DNA of 51,590 bases from Candidatus Micrarchaeia archaeon (lineage in GTDB: Archaea; Micrarchaeota; Micrarchaeia; Burarchaeales; JAVZCV01). The notes beneath the pieces were generated by a model. The model ran no database searches and had not been told where the DNA came from. It saw nothing but the letters and a program-made list of their open reading frames with translations. Positions 10,327 through 19,988 of this stretch are shown here, piece by piece. The stretch is taken from positions 1 through 51,590 of the forward strand of contig JAVZCV010000005.1 in the NCBI GenBank assembly GCA_038874215.1, given 5' to 3'. Made by a program: the position numbers and the translations under genes. How positions within the stretch are numbered: position 1 is the first letter of the stretch; every line of letters begins with the position of its first letter.

Positions 10327-12126
10327 ATGGATTACCTCTTTGAAATCTCATCCGAGGCGGGCAGAAAGATAGGCGGCATATACACCGTCCTAAGAAGCAA
10401 AAGCGCTTACATGAAAAAGCATTTCGGAGACAACTACACTTTAATCGGATACTACGAGATGAAGAGGGTTGAGAACGAATTTGAACCCTCCGAGGCGCCC
10501 CGCGAACTTGCCAAAATGTTCTCAGAGCTCTCGCTTGAAGGCATAAACTGCTTTTATGGAAATTGGATAAAGGGAAGCAACACGAACCTCATATTGGTTG
10601 ATGCTAAGAAATTCGGAGAGCGCCTTGTGCAATTCAAAGACGGGCATATGGATAAGGAGATCAATTTCATAAAATTCTTTTTATGGGAAAAATTCGGGAT
10701 TGATTCACTCGGCGTTGATAGCGATTTCACCGAATACGTCACATGGGCGTACGCTGCGGGCATGCTGTTAGAGAGAATCTCAAAACTCCGCTCAATGCAG
10801 GATAAAAAAATACTGGCGCACTTCCACGAGTGGCTATCTGGCGCAGGTTTGCTTTACTTGAAGGCTATGGACGCAAACGTAGCAACGATTTTCACAACGC
10901 ACGCGACGACCCTTGGGAGGACTATGAGCTTCTCGGGTAGGGATACGCTTCTTGAAGCCTACAACAGCAGAGGGAGAACGATTGATTCAGGCGAAGCATA
11001 CAGGTATGCAGTGCAGGCAAAGCATCTTTTGGAAGTTGCCTGTGCCAAGAACGCCGACGTTTTTACCACTGTCAGCGATACTGTCTCAATAGAATGCGAG
11101 TATATTCTTGGCAAGAAGCCAGACGTAGTCACGCTCAATGGGTTTGATTTTGCATTCTTTGAGGAGAAGCTTAAAAAGGACAAGCTTGCAAAATACGTCC
11201 GCCAAGAGCTCCTGCAGTTCCTTGAATCCTACTTCATGCCATATTACATACAAAGCTACAAAGATGCAATAATCCTCTACATATCTGGCAGATATGAGTT
11301 CACAAACAAGGGTTTTGACATACTGATAGGTGCTCTTGGCAAACTAAACAAGCGTGTTCAAGGAATGGAGCGGAGGCTTTTCGCGTTCATTTTCGCCCCA
11401 TCAAATATACGTGGCCCAAAACCTTTCGTAATAAGCAACTACCTCCTTATTGATAAAATAGAAGAAATGCTTACACACGCAGGCTTCAAAAGAGAGGGAA
11501 AAAACCTGCAAGAAACGCTAAAAAACGTGGATGAGGACATCGCATTGAACATACGCGAAATGGTTAAAAACATGAAAAAGATAGGTGAAAAGCCACCAAT
11601 ATCCTGCTTTGAGCTTGACTATCCCGAAGAAAACGATTCAATAATAAGCGCATGCATCGCGAATGGGCTTACAAATTCAAAAAACGACGCCGTGAAAGTG
11701 ATATTCTACCCCGCATACCTCACTCCTGGAGACGGTCTTCTTAGTATGACCTACTATGACTTGATAGGCGGCACTGATGTCGGCGTTTTTCCATCCCGAT
11801 ACGAGCCGTTTGGGCTTACGCCCGTTGAAGCTGGCTCAAAGGAAAACATAGCGATAACATCCGATATGACGGGTTTCGGGCGTTTTATAATGGATAAAGT
11901 TGAGAATGGGTGTGGTATTAAGGTGATAAGGATGCTCGGCAGGAGTTATGAGGATGCGACTAACGAGCTTGCTGATTATCTTTTTGAAATCTACAAAATG
12001 CCCGCTCAGGAATTAGAGCGCATTAAAAAGCGCGCATTTGAAACTATGCGGATAGTTGACTGGAAGTACATGGTCCCGCTTTACCTTGATGCTTATAAAT
12101 TGGCGATAAGGCGCAAATACGGATAG
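10327..12126 (+). CDS. Glycogen synthase, GT3 (eukaryote-like) family
   Basis: FEISSEAGRKIGGIYTVLRSK, HFHEWLSG, FTTHATTLGR, GRYEFTNKGFD and GVFPSRYEPFGLTP motifs. Confidence 0.9.
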   Translation: MDYLFEISSEAGRKIGGIYTVLRSKSAYMKKHFGDNYTLIGYYEMKRVENEFEPSEAPRELAKMFSELSLEGINCFYGNWIKGSNTNLILVDAKKFGERLVQFKDGHMDKEINFIKFFLWEKFGIDSLGVDSDFTEYVTWAYAAGMLLERISKLRSMQDKKILAHFHEWLSGAGLLYLKAMDANVATIFTTHATTLGRTMSFSGRDTLLEAYNSRGRTIDSGEAYRYAVQAKHLLEVACAKNADVFTTVSDTVSIECEYILGKKPDVVTLNGFDFAFFEEKLKKDKLAKYVRQELLQFLESYFMPYYIQSYKDAIILYISGRYEFTNKGFDILIGALGKLNKRVQGMERRLFAFIFAPSNIRGPKPFVISNYLLIDKIEEMLTHAGFKREGKNLQETLKNVDEDIALNIREMVKNMKKIGEKPPISCFELDYPEENDSIISACIANGLTNSKNDAVKVIFYPAYLTPGDGLLSMTYYDLIGGTDVGVFPSRYEPFGLTPVEAGSKENIAITSDMTGFGRFIMDKVENGCGIKVIRMLGRSYEDATNELADYLFEIYKMPAQELERIKKRAFETMRIVDWKYMVPLYLDAYKLAIRRKYG

Positions 12127-12128
12127 AT

Positions 12129-12665
12129 ATGGATCCGAAAAAACGTAGAAACCGTATTATACTCCTCATTATCGGCATAATCATAACTGCCACCATTCTA
12201 TACCTATCCCCCTCAAAATTTGTTGAAGATGTGGTTGTGAAATACGGATATCTCGGCGCCTTCACAATCGCTTTTCTTTCCAGCTCCACAGTCATATTGC
12301 CCGCGCCAGGTCTCGCAGGCGTTTTCATAATGGGTGCATTCCTCAATCCCTATCTGCTTGGTTTTTGTGCGGGTTTAGGAGCTGCACTAGGAGAGCTAAC
12401 GGGCTACATGACGGGCTATGGAGGGAAAACACTCGTAGAGAAAGAGCCGCTTTACCGAAAAATCCGCTCATGGATGGATAAGAGCGGTTTTATTACGATA
12501 TTCGCCTTTGCTTTAATACCCAACCCCGTTTTTGATATTGTGGGTATAATTGCGGGTGTTTCCGAATACCCGATAAAAAAATTCTTCGTTGCTTGCCTCC
12601 TTGGCAATATCCTTAAAGCTATCATGGTGGCACATCTCGGCGAAATGCTGCTAACCTTTTTATAG
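12129..12665 (+). CDS. VTT/DedA-family membrane protein
   Basis: GAALGELTGY.TG and IPNPVFDIVGIIAG motifs. Confidence 0.85.
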   Translation: MDPKKRRNRIILLIIGIIITATILYLSPSKFVEDVVVKYGYLGAFTIAFLSSSTVILPAPGLAGVFIMGAFLNPYLLGFCAGLGAALGELTGYMTGYGGKTLVEKEPLYRKIRSWMDKSGFITIFAFALIPNPVFDIVGIIAGVSEYPIKKFFVACLLGNILKAIMVAHLGEMLLTFL

Positions 12666-12699
12666 TTTTTTAGCGTAAACCTATTTAGGTGCTGGTTTT

Positions 12700-13908
12700 A
12701 TGGGATATTATGCAATGCATAATCCAAGCCCATCACATAAGCCCAGGTCTGCAATGCACGGAAATGTGTATAAACCATTCCCACACATGGATTTATACAA
12801 CGGTTCCGGGGATGGACCAATCCCTTCTACGCCGGGTATAATCGGCTTAACGAATTCGCAGCAAATTGCCGTAGTTTTCAATCCGCAAACCCCAGACCAA
12901 ACGCTTGCCATTCAGGGAAAAGCCCCAAGCCCAGTTCCATATCTTCTTGATTCTATAAGACTGCTTAACCGACTTGGCGCAGATTTTGTGATAGTTCCAT
13001 GCAACACTGCCCACTACTTCATGCCCGAGGTTATGGCACGGGCAGAGCACGAAGGACTAAAAACAGAATTCATCAGCATGATAGATGAGGCTGCACGCGC
13101 TACGCGCGACGCTGGCGCAAAGAAGGTGGGCATCCTTGCAACAACGGGCACAATATCAACAGGACTTTATCAGCGTGCTTTGGAGGAATACGGGATAACT
13201 GCTCTGGTTCCGTCTCCTGATTCGCAGGAAAAACTCGTTATGGAGTCAATATATGGCGAAGGCGGAATAAAGGCGGGCTTCACACATGGGAAGCCGCGCG
13301 AGCTCATGCAGAGAGCAGCATCTGAATTAGTTGAAAAAGGCGCCGAAGCGCTGCTTCTGGCATGCACTGAAATACCGCTGGTTATAACTGAAAAGGAAAT
13401 CTCATTTGCTGGAAAAACAGCCATGATTATAGATGCATCTCAGGTTCTTGCTGAAGCTGCATTACGGAGACGAGGTAGAATAGGGATAGCGGGTGGCTTG
13501 GGCCCCGCCGCAACCGTTGACCTTCTGAAAAAACTCAATGCTGAAAGTGCGACAACAAGGCTTTTAGAAGAAATCGTTTCTGCAACAACTAACTACATTA
13601 TATGGCAAAAAGGCGAATCCCACAAAGTTGTAGATCAGGAACACCTTCGCGTGTATGCTCTTTACACGAACAATATTGAAGATGGCGTAAAAGCAATGGA
13701 ATTAATCAGGGCTGATTTTCTCGTATTCTCTCCTTCAATTCCACTTGGCGATATACGCAAAGTTGGCAATTCTACGAAGCTCCCGATACTCAACCTATAT
13801 CCAGAGATAAGAGCACTCTACTCCCAAATTTCGGTTAATGGAAGAGCGCAGGCTCTTGGAAAAGGTTCTGTTAGGGTGGCAATGGGACATAACAAGCTAG
13901 CCGTTTAG
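12700..13908 (+). CDS. Aspartate/glutamate racemase family protein, rearranged domain order
   Basis: Two catalytic Cys motifs, PCNTAH (C101) and ACTEIP (C222); GILATTGT; the family's N-terminal IGIxGGxGP motif sits at residues 261-269. Confidence 0.85.
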   Translation: MGYYAMHNPSPSHKPRSAMHGNVYKPFPHMDLYNGSGDGPIPSTPGIIGLTNSQQIAVVFNPQTPDQTLAIQGKAPSPVPYLLDSIRLLNRLGADFVIVPCNTAHYFMPEVMARAEHEGLKTEFISMIDEAARATRDAGAKKVGILATTGTISTGLYQRALEEYGITALVPSPDSQEKLVMESIYGEGGIKAGFTHGKPRELMQRAASELVEKGAEALLLACTEIPLVITEKEISFAGKTAMIIDASQVLAEAALRRRGRIGIAGGLGPAATVDLLKKLNAESATTRLLEEIVSATTNYIIWQKGESHKVVDQEHLRVYALYTNNIEDGVKAMELIRADFLVFSPSIPLGDIRKVGNSTKLPILNLYPEIRALYSQISVNGRAQALGKGSVRVAMGHNKLAV

Positions 13909-14690
13909 ACCACATCACTATTTACTCTCTTAAATTCATCTTCCCTTTCTCTTTGTTCTATCCTGTCAAGCAAGTCTCTATTTATAAACATGGCTATCTG
14001 CGTAAGCGTATTCTGAATGCCTATCGCTCCAATTTCCATCCTAATATTGTCCTTTATCCTATCTATCTCCCCTATTATATCGCTGAAATCAATACTTACC
14101 CCAACCCTTCTGAACCTATCCTCATAGTCTATGAGCAGTTTTCTCACTTCCCCAAGTAGCTCTTCCAATTCTCTTGCGGATGAAGAGGAGTTTATTTTAT
14201 CACGCATTCTGTTAAGTCTTTCAAGTGCATCATTTTTGACATCTGCCTGCAATTCGGAGTTCGGGCTTATCGTGCGTATACGCCTAATAGCTTCCAAAAT
14301 CGCCGCAACGGCTTTACTTCTTTCGTTTTCCAATCTATTCTGTACCGTTTGGCTGCCGGGAGGCTGTGTTTTTTGTTCCTCTTTTTTGCATTGAGGCTGT
14401 ACGTCCTGTTTTCTTTGTATGCCCTCACTATAAATCAGCGCCTGCTCACGCAATTTTTTGACTTCCTCTCGCCAACCGAAAACCTTGGTTTCATCAGCAT
14501 CGCCCAATTTTGCATATTCCTCAATCATCTGCTCAACGTCGTCAAGGGCCCTCAGTATATCCTCTTTAGATTTTAGAACCTCCTCAATCTTTCTAATTCC
14601 CTCGGGTTTGTCAACATCAGCCAACGCACCTACCCCTACCAAGGCTGATAATGATACTCCTTTGTGAGGTCGGATTTCCTTGCTTTCCAA
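13905..14690 (-). CDS. Hypothetical alpha-helical/coiled-coil protein
   Basis: 261-aa charged helical ORF overlapping the upstream gene; start uncertain. Confidence 0.6.
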   Translation of the reverse strand: MESKEIRPHKGVSLSALVGVGALADVDKPEGIRKIEEVLKSKEDILRALDDVEQMIEEYAKLGDADETKVFGWREEVKKLREQALIYSEGIQRKQDVQPQCKKEEQKTQPPGSQTVQNRLENERSKAVAAILEAIRRIRTISPNSELQADVKNDALERLNRMRDKINSSSSARELEELLGEVRKLLIDYEDRFRRVGVSIDFSDIIGEIDRIKDNIRMEIGAIGIQNTLTQIAMFINRDLLDRIEQREREDEFKRVNSDVV

Positions 14691-16012
14691 ATTTTGCCGT
14701 TAGGATCATACTCCATTAAGCATAACCATTCAGAGGTTTTATCAGTAATCGCCAGCCACTTTTCTATCCCTGTCACCATCTGTGGTTCTTTGAAACGATC
14801 AATACCCAAAACTTCACATATCGTATCAAATATGTTCCCGCCAACCACGGAGGCATCCTCTGTATTACCAAAAAGCCTATACATCACTAAATTTTTAGAA
14901 TCGCTGCTTGTGAAATAAACCTCAATATTTGACTTTCCAGAATCCTTAAGGCCATACTGGCTTGCTTTCTCCCTTACTCTTACAGCAACTGACGGCAAAC
15001 CTAATTTATGTATCCCCAAATCTTCGCATACTGAAAAGTTCATATCGCTTTTCCAACCCGGAGAAGCTATTATTACATCCTCCCCCCCTTCAAACATGTG
15101 GGCACCGATTGGATTCCATGTATCTATCGCTGCTCGGGGTGAAGCAACCCTACTCTTATACGACCATCCGCGCATCAGCACATCAAAATCCTTCTTATCT
15201 TTCCGTGGTTTCGTGATCATTACCACTGCTGCATTACCACGGGCCGCTATGAAAGAAGGAGCAAGAATCTCCCCCTTATCGCCAACAATGCTTCTATCAC
15301 CACGCATTTTTATCTCTCCCGCACCGTTTTTACTGAGGTAATCATTGCAGAACTTTATACCCAATGTTTCCTCTAGGGTATCTGCCATCTCTCTCCAACC
15401 CTGACTCCGTGATTTTTCAGCCAAATCTATGGCAATCCTCCCCTCCTTAACATAAACGCCCATATTAGCCCATCTTGCTCGGCTCTCGTTAGGTCCCAAA
15501 TCTTTTCCATTCCATGCTATCCTCTCGTTCGCAAATGCATTCTCTGGCAACTGGCTTACCTCTGCATTTGCTCGACTCGCAAGCATAACCGCCCCAGCCA
15601 CCATAAGAAGAGATCTGATGAACTCTCTCCTCGTCATACCTCCTTCCAAAACGCTACCCGCAACCGTTGTGCCTAAAAATGGCAGAAATTCCTTCGGAAC
15701 CTGCCGTGAAATTTCCACATGCGAAACTCTTCTTTCCGATATACTCGCAACGACTTTCTTAGGTTTGGCCTCAATTCTCCTCCCTTCCTTTACCCCAACA
15801 AACTCAGCATATCCCTTTCTCACAGCGTCTTGAAGAAACGAGTCTATAGTCGGAAACCGTCGGGCAAGCCCTTCTGCAACAACAGCGCCCCCCAATAGAG
15901 GCGCAAGTTTAAGAAATTCCCTTCTACCCCTGTTCTCTATACCTCCATTTCCTCTTTTTCCAGCAGGATTTAAACTATTGCCTCTGAAAACATGCGAATT
16001 AGACATAACCAA
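14636..16012 (-). CDS. Hypothetical protein with two twin-arginine-like motifs
   Basis: GRREFLK (residues 29-35) and TRREFIR...ASRANA (from residue 127), each followed by an apolar stretch. Confidence 0.65.
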   Translation of the reverse strand: MVMSNSHVFRGNSLNPAGKRGNGGIENRGRREFLKLAPLLGGAVVAEGLARRFPTIDSFLQDAVRKGYAEFVGVKEGRRIEAKPKKVVASISERRVSHVEISRQVPKEFLPFLGTTVAGSVLEGGMTRREFIRSLLMVAGAVMLASRANAEVSQLPENAFANERIAWNGKDLGPNESRARWANMGVYVKEGRIAIDLAEKSRSQGWREMADTLEETLGIKFCNDYLSKNGAGEIKMRGDRSIVGDKGEILAPSFIAARGNAAVVMITKPRKDKKDFDVLMRGWSYKSRVASPRAAIDTWNPIGAHMFEGGEDVIIASPGWKSDMNFSVCEDLGIHKLGLPSVAVRVREKASQYGLKDSGKSNIEVYFTSSDSKNLVMYRLFGNTEDASVVGGNIFDTICEVLGIDRFKEPQMVTGIEKWLAITDKTSEWLCLMEYDPNGKIWKARKSDLTKEYHYQPW

Positions 16013-16060
16013 ATTTACGAAATTCTAATATAAAATCCTTTCGGAGTATATACATCCCCT

Positions 16061-16573
16061 ATGCCCATAATATTAGAAACGAGAAAAGTAAGCATAACCG
16101 ACTGCGAAGCAGATGCGATAGTGAACCCTGCCAACTCCTACGGTTATATGGGAGGCGGAGTCGCGCTCGCGATAAAGCGTGCGGGTGGCGATGAGATAGA
16201 AGAAGAGGCGGTTAGAAAATCTCCCATACCTATTGGTAAGGCGGTTCTAACAACAGGAGGAAAATTGAAGGCGCTCGTCATTCATGCGCCTACGATGGAG
16301 AAGCCTGGCAGAACAACTGCTGAAAAAGTGAGAATGGCAACGATGGCTGCCCTTCTCTGCGCCAAAGAAAACGGGTTGCGCAAAATAGCATTCCCAGGCA
16401 TGGGTACAGGCGTAGGTGGAGTTCCATACGAAGATGCTGCGAGTGCGATGCTGGAAGCAATAACCGAATTTGAAAGGCAGAACCCAGGCATAGCCATGAC
16501 GATAACGTTGATTGATATAGACGCTGAGATGGTATCCGCTTTCAAAAAAGCCATGCGAAGAATAAATAAATGA
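16061..16573 (+). CDS. Macro domain (ADP-ribose-binding / O-acetyl-ADP-ribose deacetylase)
   Basis: DAIVNPANS.GYMGGGVALAIK, VIHAPTM and IAFPGMGTGVGG motifs. Confidence 0.93.
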   Translation: MPIILETRKVSITDCEADAIVNPANSYGYMGGGVALAIKRAGGDEIEEEAVRKSPIPIGKAVLTTGGKLKALVIHAPTMEKPGRTTAEKVRMATMAALLCAKENGLRKIAFPGMGTGVGGVPYEDAASAMLEAITEFERQNPGIAMTITLIDIDAEMVSAFKKAMRRINK

Positions 16574-18111
16574 AAGCACAAATTATACCGATGCTCAAGA
16601 TTCTATTCCATGAACTAAAAGAAATCCTGCGAGATAAACGCTACCTAATCTCGGTTTTTCTTGGAATGTTCCTTACCCTTGCAATGACATTCCTAATTCT
16701 CGGCTTCATCGGTTCGTTTAAGGAAGGAACGCTCCTTTCATCAATGCCTGTTTCTGCAAAATTGGCTAAGATAGCAGTAGTTGTTGAAAGCTACCACCAG
16801 AGCATTGATGAACTTGAGAAAAGCCCCTCAGCATATCTCATCTACGCTGACAGGGAGAATGCTTTTCAGATGTTGGGCGAAGGAAAAGTGCACGGGATAT
16901 ATTTTGTCTCAGAGAATAGGGGTACGTTTATAGGCGGCAGAAACCCACTCTCAAGCCTCGCCGAATACATCGTTCAGGAATCGGTTGACAGAGTCGTTAG
17001 GAGAAATGCTGAGGAAAGGTATGAATTCAGGGAAGATGCAGGTCTTGAATCGCTCATAAAAGGTCTACTATCTCCTATTCTCCTCCTATCCCCCATTTTC
17101 ATATGGTGCCTTCCAGTCCTCCAGAGCATCTCTTATGATAGGGAGAGGAAAACGCTTGAGGTTCTTTTTGCCACCCCACTTGATAGAAAATCAATAATCC
17201 TATCAAAAATAGGGGCTAATTTCCTATTCGTTGCTTTTCTCTCCTTTATTTGGCTTTCAATCGTATATCTCGCAGGCTTTCGCTTTTCAGACCCCTTCGG
17301 AGTTCACCTTATACTCCTTGTGCTCGGGCTACTTGTCATATCAATGAATGCTCTCGTCTCCACCATAACAACGGGCGTTCAGGAAGCAACGCTTGCAGCC
17401 TCAATAATATCGACAGCGATATTCACTGTCCTATTCTCAATAACCATATTCAAGGCTTTTCCACAAACAGCAGCAATCGCAGATATATCCCCTGCGACTT
17501 ATATAGCACGTGAAGTCGGCGAGGCAAGCGCCCCATTCCCAATAAACTCTCTCGTCATCCTTCTCATAATCTCCGCATCCGCCATACTTCTTGCTGTTTC
17601 TGCATTTTCTACCGAGGTTTTTGCGTTCTCCCTTAAACCCGGGATAATGCAGTTATACGAAGGAATGTTGCAGATTTTGGGCGATAAGAGAAAAGCCGCA
17701 TTTGGCATGGGCTTTGTTGCATTCTCCCTTACAACACCAGCACAGCTCATAGTTCTTGGCCTTCTTTTTTTCACCTCAGGCGCGAATGCGCTTCTCATAA
17801 TGTTCGGGCTTGTTCTCGTTGAGGAAACCCTAAAAGGTCTTTCAATATTTGCCCTTAAACCAAAAAACGTTCACTCTGGGATACTCTACGGCGCACTCGT
17901 AGGCTTAAGCTTCGGGCTAAGCGAAAGCTCACTATACACGCCGCTCGTAGGACTAAACATATACCTTAGAGCAGTCCCTATTTTCATCCACATACTCTCA
18001 AGCGCTATCGTCGGCATGGGCTACCCAAAAAAGCTCGGTATACCGAGCATACTGCTCGCATCAGCGCTTCACTTCACATACAACTATTCTTTGATTAGGC
18101 ATTTGCTGTGA
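16570..18111 (+). CDS. ABC-2 type permease fused to PrsW-family intramembrane metalloprotease
   Basis: DRERKTLEVLFATP permease motif; C-terminal VEETLK, FGLSES, FIHILSS and LHFTYN PrsW motifs. Confidence 0.8.
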   Translation: MKAQIIPMLKILFHELKEILRDKRYLISVFLGMFLTLAMTFLILGFIGSFKEGTLLSSMPVSAKLAKIAVVVESYHQSIDELEKSPSAYLIYADRENAFQMLGEGKVHGIYFVSENRGTFIGGRNPLSSLAEYIVQESVDRVVRRNAEERYEFREDAGLESLIKGLLSPILLLSPIFIWCLPVLQSISYDRERKTLEVLFATPLDRKSIILSKIGANFLFVAFLSFIWLSIVYLAGFRFSDPFGVHLILLVLGLLVISMNALVSTITTGVQEATLAASIISTAIFTVLFSITIFKAFPQTAAIADISPATYIAREVGEASAPFPINSLVILLIISASAILLAVSAFSTEVFAFSLKPGIMQLYEGMLQILGDKRKAAFGMGFVAFSLTTPAQLIVLGLLFFTSGANALLIMFGLVLVEETLKGLSIFALKPKNVHSGILYGALVGLSFGLSESSLYTPLVGLNIYLRAVPIFIHILSSAIVGMGYPKKLGIPSILLASALHFTYNYSLIRHLL

Positions 18112-18115
18112 TTTC

Positions 18116-19195
18116 ATGAACCTTCTAACAAAAGAATTTGCAGATATCGTTGGCGACAGGGCATTTATATTCAGCGTTATAATACAGTTCATACTCATCT
18201 CACTTCTCGTTTTCATATACTCTCTCTACTCAAACATCTCAGAGGCGCCCGTGAAGGTTAAAATAGCTGTGGACAGCAACGACACCGAACTAATAAAGAG
18301 CCTTGAAAAGACGGGCGCCGAAGTTATTCTACTCCAAAAGCCGCAGGCATCAAACGAAACAGAGCAACGTGGCGAATCAAGCGAAACACAAAACGAAACA
18401 TCCGCTGCTACTACGAATGAAACAAAAAAGCCATCGCTCATCCCGCCAACAGAGGTTGTTGCCTCAATAGACACATCTTCAAAATATGTACGCACGGACC
18501 CATCAAATCTCATGTCGGGTTTTGCGATAGCAAAGATAAAGGCTGCATCAAAAACACTCTCCTTTGAGGAAGCCTTACGAAAGAGCAACTTTACTTTCAG
18601 TGTTGAGAGAAACATAAATGAGAACGCCGATTTTGTGCAAATGGGATACGGAGTTCTCGTCCCTATCGCCATCATTCTCCCTGCACTCGTTGCGATGTCT
18701 CTCTCAACGCAGAACATATTCATAGAGAGAAAAAGGCAGACAATAGAGCTGCTGCTCGTTTCTCCCGTATCAAACCTATACCTAACATTCGCAAAAGTTT
18801 TCCCGCTTGTTTTCGCCTCAACCGTCTGTGCAATCGCATGGCTTTTCATAGTTCAGCAGGAGATACCGCTCATGAACCTCCCGCTCCTCTACTTTCTTGC
18901 ATTCCTATTCTCGCTGCTCGCCGTAGGGATGAGCGTCGTCATATCTGCTGGCTCTAAGACCGTGAAGGAAGCAGATGCCCTATCCTCAATACTCGGAATG
19001 CTGATAATGATAACCATGGTAATGCCCCACAACCCCCTTTCTGTTTTCACGCCCACCATAGTTATAGCGCGTGCGGCGTCAAACACGGTTGACTTTGAAA
19101 TAATGGCTGGCACATTCCTTCTTTTTGTTTTTGCAATCATCTCTTTTTTCCTTGCGTGGTGGAGCGTTTCAAAGCTGAGAAAATCCTACACATGA
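18116..19195 (+). CDS. ABC-2 type transporter permease
   Basis: IERKRQTIELLLVSP motif; N-terminal TM, extracellular loop, then a multi-TM C-terminus. Confidence 0.8.
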   Translation: MNLLTKEFADIVGDRAFIFSVIIQFILISLLVFIYSLYSNISEAPVKVKIAVDSNDTELIKSLEKTGAEVILLQKPQASNETEQRGESSETQNETSAATTNETKKPSLIPPTEVVASIDTSSKYVRTDPSNLMSGFAIAKIKAASKTLSFEEALRKSNFTFSVERNINENADFVQMGYGVLVPIAIILPALVAMSLSTQNIFIERKRQTIELLLVSPVSNLYLTFAKVFPLVFASTVCAIAWLFIVQQEIPLMNLPLLYFLAFLFSLLAVGMSVVISAGSKTVKEADALSSILGMLIMITMVMPHNPLSVFTPTIVIARAASNTVDFEIMAGTFLLFVFAIISFFLAWWSVSKLRKSYT

Positions 19196-19200
19196 GAGCA

Positions 19201-19428
19201 CTATGCCTCACTGTACGCATCGTATGCCAAAAGCAGTGAGAATAATGTTGCGAACGGAATTAGGTAAACCGCAAAATCTGGCCTATACAGAACTATAGGC
19301 AAGAGGAGAACTACATCGCATACGAGCAAACCAGCGCCAAAAACGGTGCGCTTCCCCACATATATATAACCAGCCCCCCACACAAGCACATTTAGCAATG
19401 CTGCAGCCAGCTTCCGTTTTACTACCAT
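19201..19428 (-). CDS. Small membrane protein (TM2-like)
   Basis: AAALLNVLVWGAGYIYVGK motif; ATG 19428 follows AGGTGG. Confidence 0.65.
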   Translation of the reverse strand: MVVKRKLAAALLNVLVWGAGYIYVGKRTVFGAGLLVCDVVLLLPIVLYRPDFAVYLIPFATLFSLLLAYDAYSEA

Positions 19429-19436
19429 AAGACCAC

Positions 19437-19922
19437 CTAAAGGTATGACTTCATACCTTTTATCTCCTTTACCCACCTTGCCGAATCCTCAACAACAAAA
19501 GAGTTCACCTTATCTTCCGAATAAATTTTTATGTGTTCAAGCCCACCTTCATCAAACCCCGACTCAACGTATGTGATATCCTTGATATTTATCTCAACGA
19601 TGCTTTTTTCCTTCCCCTTTTCGTCCAGAATAGTGAAAATGATAGTGGAAGGAGTAAGGTAAAGCGAGCCTGGGGTTTTTGTTTCTAAATGGACACACGT
19701 TGATTTTAATATAAAGTGCTCCTCTACGCTTCTCTGCTTCTTTATTATAAATGCCAAAAGAACTATCTCTACAATAACCATCAATGCAAGAATAACGAGC
19801 AATTGCCACATCTCGGCGTTTTTTGTTATATAAAGAACAGCAAGCACCGCTACTCCGAGAAAACCGACTACAACTATGGCAATACCAAGCACGGACGCGA
19901 AATCTGTTAATTGAAGTTCCAC
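19437..19922 (-). CDS. Two-TM membrane protein with PH/GRAM-like cytoplasmic domain
   Basis: Two TM helices, then GSLYLT.S.IIF beta-rich region and a terminal W..EI helix. Confidence 0.55.
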   Translation of the reverse strand: MELQLTDFASVLGIAIVVVGFLGVAVLAVLYITKNAEMWQLLVILALMVIVEIVLLAFIIKKQRSVEEHFILKSTCVHLETKTPGSLYLTPSTIIFTILDEKGKEKSIVEINIKDITYVESGFDEGGLEHIKIYSEDKVNSFVVEDSARWVKEIKGMKSYL

Positions 19923-19988
19923 TACTACCCCCTAATTACTATCAACATAAGCATTAAAAAAACAGACAGAGCAGATTGATTGAGGCAT

